Assembly: GCA_020891255.1 (NCBI GenBank)
Contig: BQFW01000010.1
Span: forward strand, 1-64,000
Source: Entomortierella parvispora E1425
Lineage: Eukaryota; Fungi; Mortierellomycota
Direction of reading: 5' to 3'
DNA length: 64,000 bases
The translations under genes were made by a program, and so were the position numbers. Each line of letters begins with the position of its first letter. The first letter of the stretch is position 1. Below, one piece after another: positions 11,721 to 21,728 of this stretch. A model generated the notes under the pieces. It searched no databases. It was not told the DNA's origin and was given only the letters and a program-made list of their open reading frames with translations.

Positions 11721-12062
11721 GGTCCTGGCCCTCTTCCTGGTCCTGGCCCTCTTCCTGGTCCTGGCCCTCTTCCTGGTCCTGGCCCTCTTCCTGGTCCTGG
11801 CCCTCTTCCTAGTCCTGGCCCTCTTCCTATTCCTGGCCCTCTTCTTGGTCCTGGCCCTCTTCCTGGTCCTGGCCCTCTTCTTGGTCCTGGCCCTCTTCCT
11901 GGTCCTGGCCCTCTTCCTGGTCCTGGCCCTCTTCCTGGTCCTGGCCCTCTTCCTGGTCCTGGCCCTCTTCCTGGTCCTGGCCCTCTTCCTGGTCCTGGCC
12001 ATCTTCTTGGTCCTGGCCCTCTTCCTAGTCCTGGCCCTCTTCTTGGTCCTGGCTCTTCCTAG
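11721..12062. repeat. 18-bp minisatellite (GGTCCTGGCCCTCTTCCT)n, ~19 copies
   Basis: Directly visible near-perfect array that reads (GPGPLP)n on + and (RKRART)n on -. Confidence 0.97.
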
Positions 12063-12487
12063 CCCTGGTCCTCCTCTTGGCTCATTATTCTTGGCCAAAC
12101 CCTCCTGACTGGATCTGACAATGGACGGACTTTTCGCTTCCCTGCATAGTTGCTATTCACTTCTGTCCTGCGGGCTTGATCTTTTTTTTTTTTTTTTTGC
12201 GGAAACAAAAAAAAAGCTTCACTCCAGCGTGTTGTTCTGTCCACTTCTGCAGTAGGTGTTGCTTCTCAAGCGCTTGGTGTTGCTCTCTTCTTGGAAAAAG
12301 AATCCATGCTGATGTCCTTTTTGTTTTCTTGTTCACATAGACCACAGCCAGCCGGGCTTCTCGCTTCAGTGGTCTTTTTGGTTGGGCCTTCTCTCCCTTT
12401 GGAGACTGAGCTAGGAGGTCGATCTTGGTCTTTGCCTCTATTTGCTCTAGTTGTCACTGGTTGGCGCTCCATTCAATTATGACCATC

Positions 12488-13330
12488 ATGTCACTGCATG
12501 TCGATTCCCTGTGGCCAAGTTGTTGATCTCGGCGCGGATCTTCCCCCCTGGCCGGCCCCCACCCACTCCCCCCGAGGGACTGGGGGCCAGGGGGGTTTTC
12601 TCCACCTGCCCATCCCTTTTGTGTGAGGGATGGGAGTTGGGATTGGGGGCTGATTCTGCAGCAGCAGCATCTGTGCTATTGCCCCAGATGTCACCGATGG
12701 ACGCTTCCTGCGCGCCATCCACTCAAGCCCGTCGCATGTCGCTGCATGCTGATTCCCTTCAGCCAAGTTGTTGATCTCGGCGCGGATCCTCCCCCTCTGG
12801 CCGGCTCCTGCCCACTCCCCCCCGAGGGACTGGGGGCCAGGGGGTTTTCTCCCCACTTGCCCATCCCTTTTGTGTGAGGGATGGGAGTTGGGACTGGGAG
12901 CTGATTCTGCTGCAGCAGCCTCTATTGCTGTTGCCCCAGATATCACCGATGGACGCTTCCTGCGCGCCATCCACTCAAGCCCGTCGCATGTCGCTGCATG
13001 CTGATTCCCTTCGGTCAAGTTGTTGATCTCGACGTGGATCTTCCCCCCTGGCCGGACTCGCCACCCCACTCCCTTCTGAGGGAATGGAGTCCAGGAGGGG
13101 GGTTCTTTTCTCTTCTCTCCCCACTTGCTCATCTTCCTCACCTGTGAGAAATGAGATTTGGGGCTGACTCTGCTGCTGCTGCCCTCTGCCGCGGCTGCCC
13201 CAGATGCCACCGATGGACGCTCCCTGCGGTCCATCCTTCAAGCCCATGCAGACTGACTGCTCCAAGTTGGTCTGTTTTGCCCCCCCTCTGGCCGGCTTCC
13301 TCCCACTTCCCCCGGGGACTGGGGGCCAGA
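12488..13330. repeat. ~250-bp GC-rich tandem repeat, ~3 copies
   Basis: ACTCAAGCCCGTCGCATGTCGCTGCATGCTGATTCCCTTC at 12721 and 12973 (period 252). Related unit starts at 12488; the third copy is diverged. Many C5-6 and G5-6 tracts. Confidence 0.9.
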
Positions 13331-13925
13331 GGAGGTTTTAGCAGCCCTATCCATAGCCCACTCGTGAGCCGTGGCAATGGGGCTCGGGAGGCCACTCGCC
13401 ATCAGCTATCCCATTAGCTTGCACTTGCAGCTTCTTCTTGCGCCTTTCTGCTCACCGTTGCCGTTCAAGACTCTGCCAGCTTGCGCATCCCAGCTCGCCC
13501 ATGCGAGCGCGCAAGCAAGAGACTCCCCATTCCCCGCTCACCCCTACTTGGGGTGACATGGGCGGGCTTTCCTCCCATGCAGGCAGACAAGACAAGACAA
13601 GGACACCCTACTTTCCCCACCTTGCACCCTAACTTGGGTGCCCTGGGCATGGCTCACCCCAATCTGGGGTGTCCCCAGCGTAGGGTCTCCCCATTGCAGG
13701 GTTTCCCCATTGTAGGGTTTCTTCACCCTAAAGTCCGTCCACCCAGTCTCCCCCCAGAGACCCCAACTTTCCCCTGACCCCCACTCAGGGGGTCATTTGG
13801 GTGTGACCAAGAGACCAAGAGTTGGAGAATGCCCTCATGCATCTTGTCAGGGTCGTGGATGCATGCGATTGGTCCGATCGGGTTCCATCGATCACGCCAT
13901 CGTCAGGGTGGATTGAGATGGTAAG

Positions 13926-14880
13926 ATGGAGCAAGATGGAAAAGATGAAAGAGATGCCCAACCTAATTTGGACCTCTTTCTCTTCTCTCCATTCTCTCCA
14001 TTCCTCCATTCACCCACCCACCCCCACCAACAACAGCACTCCCACCATGAACCGCCACGCTGCCCCCAGCACTCCCCAGTGAGCTTCAAGACAGTTGTCC
14101 AAACCCCCAAGAAGGTCACCATCGACGACTTTGTTGGCGAGAATGGCCTGGTTCCCTTAACACAGGCCCACAGCCACCTTAAGGGCTCCATGATGAGTCC
14201 TAGACCCATGAACCTCCGCCCCCGCCAGAGGCAGTGGCCTCCCCTACCCACACCGTCTTCGGCGGGTCCGATGACGAGGGGCAGGGGAGCGAGGACTCAA
14301 GGAGGACAACCACCAAGATGACGACGCCGAGATAACGGACCCTCCCTCGGGACAGGGAGGACGAGACGGGGCAAGGCCATCACGTTGCTGACACCACGTA
14401 CGTGGCTGATGCGGACGATGAGGCTACCCAACCATTGCCGGCGCTCGAGCAAGAACAAGACCTGTTGGAGATGGTGCCACAGAGCCCGCTGGAGACAATG
14501 GGGGTGGACTCCCCCCCTGTCACAGGCAGCGACTGGCACTGTCGACCAGGCGCCCGTGGTTGACGTTCACCAACCACAAGACGCCCCAACCCCTATGCAT
14601 CCGAGGCAATATACCCAGGCCCTGGAGACCTTCGTTCAGACTCTCCAAAGGCGCTTCGAGTATGTCGAAGCGCGCCTCAGATACACGAGCAAGCCCAAGT
14701 AGGCGAACATTCGGCGATGCAAGGCTTGGATGACCTGGAGGACCAGTTCATGGATTTGAGTGATCAGATCTCTCATCACCTCTTCCGCCTCAGGCCACAG
14801 GCCCATCCCAAGCCCAAGCGTGCCCACTCCCGCCCCAAACCATACCACTCCCGCCCCGCCTCCAGGCGTGGCCCCAGATA
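13926..14880 (+). pseudogene. Possible decayed ORF of unknown type
   Basis: Successive ORF pieces interrupted by stops, with a coiled-coil-like stretch (ALETFVQTLQRRFEYVEARL...LDDLEDQFMDLSDQI). No family recognised. Confidence 0.25.
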
Positions 14881-14936
14881 ACCCCGTAAACCATCAAGCA
14901 TTGAGCCGACTGGCATACCCCATTAAAGAATTAAAA

Positions 14937-15005
14937 CCTAAAAAAACCCTAAAAAACCCTAAAAAACCCCTAAAAAACCCTAAAAAAACCCTAAAAACCC
15001 TAAAC
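14937..15005. repeat. Interstitial telomere-like array (AAAAAACCCT)n, ~6 units
   Basis: CCCT units separated by A5-7, followed by TTTTTAGGGTTT and CCCTAAAC at 15010-15034. Confidence 0.8.
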
Positions 15006-16289
15006 CTTATTTTTAGGGTTTATTCGCCCTAAACTCGCATATTTGAACTGTTTAACAACGTTCTGGAGCGTCTGTGCATCGTTTGCGCCATTCAGATCGA
15101 CCGTGAGATACGTTTTTCTGTTATTTCCTAAAAAGGAAATGTGTAGATTTTTGGTGGCTTAGACTTTCTGGATCATTAGGTATTCCTTTTGTTTACTTTT
15201 GCTCCCGGGTTCGAATTCGGCTTTGGCCTCGCTTTTCTTGAATATATAAAAACAAGGTGTTTTTTTTCCTTCGTAGAGATATAAGATACGGTGCATTAGA
15301 GAGCTCTCCTCATAAGTATTCCACCAAGCTAATAAAATCGTCAATCCATAAGGTGGATCTTGAGCAATTGCATTTTTTAATCTGGTTTTTTATGAAAATC
15401 GAACGCTTACTCCTTGATATCTACGTTGACGACTAAGGTGATTTTCATATGGGGAGGTGCCTATTCATCAGAGGTCTTCATTCATGAAGAAAAACTGGCG
15501 AGTGACAAGGAGGTTGATGTGTAATTGCTGTTCTTAGAGTTCATTTTTTTTTGAAAAAAAATTCTCTCTTAAGATGGAGGAGTGAAGTGGTGACAGGAGC
15601 CGAGAGCGAGCCACTTACAACACTTTGTAGTTGGATTTCATAAAGAAAGGCGATACGAGAACGGGTAAGAGCAAAGTCTGCACTTTTGGGTGAGAGAACC
15701 ACTGTTGGGCGCTTAAAAGGACAATCCAGTAGCAACAGGAGATCGAGTGTGAACCGTACACATGCTTGCCCTCTCTTGAGTTCAGCAAGGAACTTCTAGC
15801 TCTCTCAAACAGTTTTCAGTCTCCTCATCGTGCATGCAGACAAGAACATCAGCTTGTGCAGTTGTCATTTAGTTTTTTTATTAAAAGTAGGAAAAAGATG
15901 GCAGAGACGTGGGAGCAAAACATACGAGACAGCGGTGACTTTGCCCTGGATCCTCGCTACTGCATGCTCTGCCTGAGAGCCAGAGAAATCTAGCAGTTGA
16001 TGGTGGAGAGGACTTACCTGAGAAGTGCGCGCCCCTGAATTAAGGACTTCATGTTTCCTGCATGCCTCCCGTTTGCCGCATGTCCACTCTGGTTCATGGC
16101 TAAGTGGAATGAGCCTTCTCCGTATGGTTAGATCTAAAAGTTGTGGTTGACGACAAAGGGAAGGAATAGCGAGTAACGCGTGAGAAAGGAAGGAGAAAGT
16201 GAGAGGAAACACTCAAGCTTGCGAAAACACGAAGAGAAGAGTGCGAAAACACGAAGAGAAGAGAGCGAAAACAAAGACAGGGGCACAAA

Positions 16290-17000
16290 AGACCCGCTGA
16301 TGTTTGATGCAAGAGTCGAGTTGGATGTATTGGGTCGGTTGAGACGACGGCTGCAAAAGGTGAAAGATGTGAGTTCGATTCATGAGAGGAGAAGGATGCA
16401 CGAAATGAAATGTAACAGAGAAGAGAGATGCAACAGAGAAGAGAGATGCAACAGAAGAGAGAGATGCAACAGCGAAGAGAGATGCAACAGAGAAGAGAGA
16501 TACAAAAAGGAAAAGGGATGCAGGAGACGAGAGATGCAAGAGAGGAGAAAGATCCAAAAAAGAAGACGGATGCAAGACACGGGAGGACAGGGTAAGGATG
16601 TAAGAGTCGAGGAGAAAGGAAGGACGCAGGAATCGAGACGAGAGAGACGAGAGAGACGAGAGGAAAGGGATGCAAAAAACGACACAAGAGAGAGAGGGAT
16701 GCAGAGACAAGAGAGAGGCATGCGAGAATTGTGGAATGCAGGAGACGAGAAGGTCGAACGATGCAAGAGACAAGATGAATACAAGAGACAACATGAATGC
16801 AAGGGAAGAGATGGATGCAAGGGACGAGATGGATGCAAGGGACGAGAGGGAGAGGACGTGATGAATGCAAGAGACGAGAGGGATGCAGGGGACGAGATGG
16901 GGAGGACGAGATGAATGCAAGAGACAAGAGGGATGTAAGAGATGAGAAGGAGAGGACGAGATGAATGCAAGAGACGAGAGGGATGCAAGGAGGATGGGTT
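16290..17000. repeat. Purine-rich degenerate ~18-bp minisatellite built on GATGCAA
   Basis: GATGCAACAGAGAAGAGA units at ~16427-16500 and GATGCAAGGGACGAGATG units at ~16800-16850. Strong strand asymmetry. Confidence 0.75.
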
Positions 17001-19786
17001 GAGATGGTAAGAGAAGGGAGGGAGACAGAAGGTAGAAAAAGACACAAGTACAGGGACACTCCATCCAACAAGCAAGGCAAAACCACCCGTTTCTCCCTCA
17101 CCCTTCGGCCTTTTTTTTTTTTGGACAAATGGAGGCTGCACTGGCCCCATCCAAAAGAACAGTGGTCTTGGGAAGGAAGAGGACAGGAGGAAAGAGAACA
17201 AGAGGGAGGAGAAGAGGAGGAACAGGAGGAAGAGAAGAGGAGGAAAAGAAGAGATGGACAAGAGGGATGAGAAGAGACGAACAACCCGGAACATGGACAC
17301 GGGCGTCTTTCCGTATGGCGGTGGCCCACAGCAGCAGCGAATCCAACAACAACTGAGACAAAGTTCGATCAGCAGATGCGGCGGCGGCTCATGCACGCGG
17401 AGGATCCCCGATTTTTAGATTTTTTTTTTTTTTTTTTTTTTTGTTGGCGCCACCAGCAGCGTCTTCATCCCAAGACTTCATATTATCATTCATCCCTTGG
17501 GTGGTCACGCACAGCCCGTGGGGATGCAGGCAGGGCTATCACAATCTCACAGACGAAGAGCTTGAAGGGCAAGAGGGGATAGATCAAACAGACAAGTTCA
17601 AGAGAGAGGATGAAAAGCAGAGAAGAAAGAAAGGAAACGATGAAGACTGAGAAAGAAACGATCAGTCCATGCGACAACAAACAAAAAGGTGGTAAACTGC
17701 TCCTCCAAGAATTACTCCTCCTTTGGATGGACATGTCCAGTCTGTTGCGGAGATAGATGCCACAGTCGGCAGTGCAATATCTTCCTCCAGTTCTCTTCGT
17801 TATCGCGCCGCAGGGAATGGACTGGATCGACGTGTCAGAACATGAGGACATTTGTCCACTTTTTTTTTTTTTTTGAAGTTTCCTCTGCTGCATGAGCTGA
17901 AGGGCATTTGTTTCCATCAAGTCAAGGTCGAGTTAGCACCCATCTGTGCGGCATGAGTGAATGCTGTAAATGGAAGAGAAAGAGGTATGGAAGAGACGAG
18001 ATGGCAAGCCTGGAAGGTAGGAGACAAAGAGAGATGGAGAGAAGGAAGAGAAAAAGAAACTAGTTCAGGAATGATCAGTCCCAACGGCGGCAAACAACAA
18101 CGCGCATTTCTTCCCCTTGACAATGGTCTTGGGATGATTGTCGAGGGGGAATGGATGTGAAGAGAAGGTAGGGACAAGAGGACAGAGAAGAGAAGGGCAA
18201 GAGAGTTCAGGAAGGATCAGTCCATGCGATGCGGACAACAAACGAAAACACAGTGAAGAGTCGTTTGACTTTTTTTTTTTTTTTGTGCCAGCGGCTGCAA
18301 AGTGCTTCTCCAAGATTGCTCCTTCTTTAGACCTTGGATGGACATGTGCATCCCGATGTAGGCACGGAGCGAGAGTTGTTACAGTGGATGGTGCGACCTC
18401 TTCCTCCAAAAGTCCTTCGGTTTGTTGTGCTCTGGCGGTGAGGACTGGATTCAAGCGCGTCAAGACGCGATTTTTTTTTGGAGGTTTCCGCGTCCTGTTT
18501 CCTCATAAGCCAGCGGGAATTTGGTTTTAAGTCAAGGACAAGCGGGTCTCCATTAATCCGACCATGAACGAATGCTCTGAATCTACCTCATAGTCTCTTC
18601 CTGCGCTGTCACTCATGATTGAACCCTACCATTAGACATGTTTCTGTGCTGCTTCCAGAAGGCAATCGCGAAACGCAGTTCCTCCGCTTTTTCTTCTAAA
18701 TGAGATCGATCAGTCCCGCAAGAGCAGATAACTGCAGCACAGGATCGTGTACTTTTCTCCTCCTCACTGTTCTTGCCCTGCTTATGGCACTCGCCTGCCT
18801 CAATATGAAACGATCTTGATTTAGGCAGTGGTGCTCCAATAGAGAAGCTAGAAGAGGACAAAGTAGATGAACATTTGGGTTTGGCGGTCTATCAACAGAA
18901 GAGATGGGCTCCACGCGAAACGCGGCACATCAACAACCAAGACTGTAAACCGAAGATAGGCGGTCGAACCTTGGCTTAATCAATGGGTATGTAGTTCATA
19001 TCCCAGTTAGTTCACGCGTACTTGCAGGTGTTGCTTTTGACTGTTGGATCTACAGCCAGCTCTGAAGCGTTGGCACTATGGCCGACTTTCAGCTTCATTT
19101 GTTTCCTTGCATTCTGCTGGAGTGGCGTGGTGTCTGGTGATTATCAAGGAGAAGGAAGCGCAAAGGCATGGTTAACCGTGACCTCAAAGGCCATATCTTG
19201 TCATTATTGTTCTTCAGTCAGTCGGCAAAGCAAGATGATCCATCGATATTTAGTGCCGTAGTCCATGAAGTGGAGTTCAAGTATGTAGAGGGGAACGAGG
19301 AAGACAAAGGTCGATGCTGAACACACAAAAAAAAAAGTAAGTGCCGGTGCAGGCAGGCATGGTCTCTTTATTTCCCTGCAGAGTAGGAAATAACGACAGC
19401 ATGCTGATGCTTCTGATGCCTCTCTCCATCTCCCTCCAACACACATCGGAGACCCACACATCGTCCTCTTGGTCCTCCTTCTTCCACGCCATTCTCGTAT
19501 CGGCGCTGTTTCCTAGCTCCTACTTCTCTCATCTCGAGCCTCCATTCCAATTTCCCCCTTGCGGCGCTTGCGATGTTTCTTCATCTCAAGAGACGCGCGC
19601 AACTTGCTGCTTTGTTTCGTGGAAAGCCAGCCATTCCCGTCGAAATGCACTCTGCCATTACAATTGGACCCTCAATGTTTCAATCATTGTCAAGAAAATC
19701 AACAGACTTGCAAGCCTCGAACACATATACCAATATACACCCTTTCTATGGTGCCTCTCCAATCCTGATGCCAATCAGGGCTCAAT

Positions 19787-19819
<33 letters not shown>

Positions 19820-19979
19820 AACGCCCTTGGAGTGAAGACCAAGCTGAGCAAACAGAACAGACGAATGTTTCCCGAGAATCTCGACTCCATTGCCCAAGGA
19901 CCACCATCAGGTAATGTCTGCATTTTTCGTTAATACTGCGAAAACTCTTGTACATGCGCTCATACATACTACTCTTGCT

Positions 19980-21728
19980 TCTAGGCGTAATGGTTGGGCA
20001 TAATTGCGTCAGCGTAACCGTGGCAGCAGCGCTTCCGATGTCCATACTCCAATATCTGCTCATTTCTCTCCAAGGTCTCCCAGCTTCCCCTTCTCCATAC
20101 TCAGATGCACCTGGTAAGACAATCGCGCGTGTCCTGCTCAGCTGCATCTATTACCGTTGTGCTCATCTCTTCAAAATTATCGCACTGACTAACCTTAGCA
20201 ACAGCACTTATCGCATGGGGCAGGATCTCAGGAGCAGCGAAGCGCTGGCAAGTGAGGGCTCAAGAGGCTCCATCGCCCTTATTTTCGACTTGACAAAATC
20301 TGCACATTCTGGAAACCCAACAAGTGGCGCAGATGACATCCCGACCAACTATCCGTGGGTCCATCAGCGTCCCGAGATGCAGCCGAAAACGAGAGGCCTC
20401 TACTTCAAGGCCAGTGAAAAGGATCCAGGACTGAACGACATGCGCCCGTTAGACGTACCTTTTCAGATTCCCCAAACATACATTCAACGAACAGAAAACA
20501 ACAAATCACAGACCGCGTGCGAGATTTGACAGTCGGCCTTCTGTTTTTGATTCCGGAGTACAGAGTGCGCATCCATCACGTTCTCATGCAGAAGGTGGAT
20601 GCTCCTGCGAGATGCAGCACTAGCCTTCCTGTAGATTTTTGAGGGCCTTTTCAGGGATGTCAGCTCACGGCTTCCGACTCGTGGAACCTCAACATCACCA
20701 ACCCTGTGCGCGGACTTGCATGAGAGAGACTCTAAGGCGACTTCTTGAACGTGCACCACAGACACTGCCAGGTTTATTTTGATCCTGGATGATGTTCAAG
20801 TTCTGGGAAGGCTCCCGATGGACTGCCTCACAACATTGACCATACAACCATTCCGCCCATAGTGGTTTAACGCCACAAATTGCAGCGAGTTTCAACAATG
20901 TAGGACGAGGTCAATATTCGCATCCATACCTTGAGATGCGGGATTGAGCTACTACGAGCTGGAATGGTCTAGTGGGTAGATCTTCATCAGGTACCAAATT
21001 TTCAGTAAATGAACTTGATACTGCGAAAACTGCCAGCAAACTTTCCAGATGCACGAATAACAAAAATTCGCTAGTCTTCTTCATCAGGATGTGGTCAAAG
21101 GCTCTGTTGCGACTTGCGTCGCCAATCCGCCCACCGTATATATTAATGAAGACTTTCTTTGGAACAACAATCTGACGACGTGGACGAAGCGCCTCAACGA
21201 CTTTATGTATCGAATGATAACACATTTATCCCAGTCAGCACTATTAACAAGGAACTCACCCACGATGACCTCCGTGCCAAACTCGTCGGTGCTCGCCCTC
21301 GACCGATTCCAACGTATCAAGGACATATTGGCTTTTATCATTCAGGGCGGGCTCTGGACGTAGAAGGAAGGGCTCCTGGAGTAGTTGGCAGTTGCATTTG
21401 ACCTGATTCGAGGATGCGTGGACTCAGGCTACTCAGTAAGTGATCTATGGGTGGTCATGCTCATGGTGGCAGACTTTTTTTTTTTTTTTTTGGAGAACGG
21501 ATCCTGAGTACTTTCGGCTTGGCACCAGCGTTACATACAGGCAACATTGTTCTCGGGGAGGCTGTTCGAAGGTGGAATCGGGATTTCATTATGTCAGCAA
21601 ACTTGAAAGGGATACTCCATGACAAGGTCGTCTCAAAAGACATTTTCAACGGCGCGATTCATCTACAAGAGATGTCCCTCGCAAATGAGATATCATTGGA
21701 TTTGCACGGTACGGACTCCCAGGATTGA
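19980..21728 (+). pseudogene. Decayed multi-exon gene, possibly of the P-loop/Crinkler-associated type
   Basis: Protein-like fragments (RFILILDDVQVLG, Walker-B-like; VYINEDFLWNN; HGGRLFF..ERIL) broken by stops and frameshifts, plus intron-like signals at ~19911-19983 and 20114-20197. Confidence 0.3.

Noticed and set aside
11646-12108. Protamine-like (RKRART)n ORF and membrane-like (LVLALF)n ORF
   Set aside because: Both are alternative readings of the stop-free 18-bp minisatellite, with no unique flanking coding sequence.
1533-13330. Direct-repeat arrays as possible CRISPR
   Set aside because: Units are head-to-tail without unique spacers, there are no cas genes, and the context is eukaryotic.
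15201-15220. tRNA B-box-like GGTTCGAATTC
   Set aside because: No A-box, acceptor stem or cloverleaf can be built around it.
16100-17396. 409-aa, 338-aa and 283-aa minus-strand ORFs
   Set aside because: Ser/Leu/Cys low-complexity translations of a pyrimidine-rich repeat strand that is naturally poor in stops.
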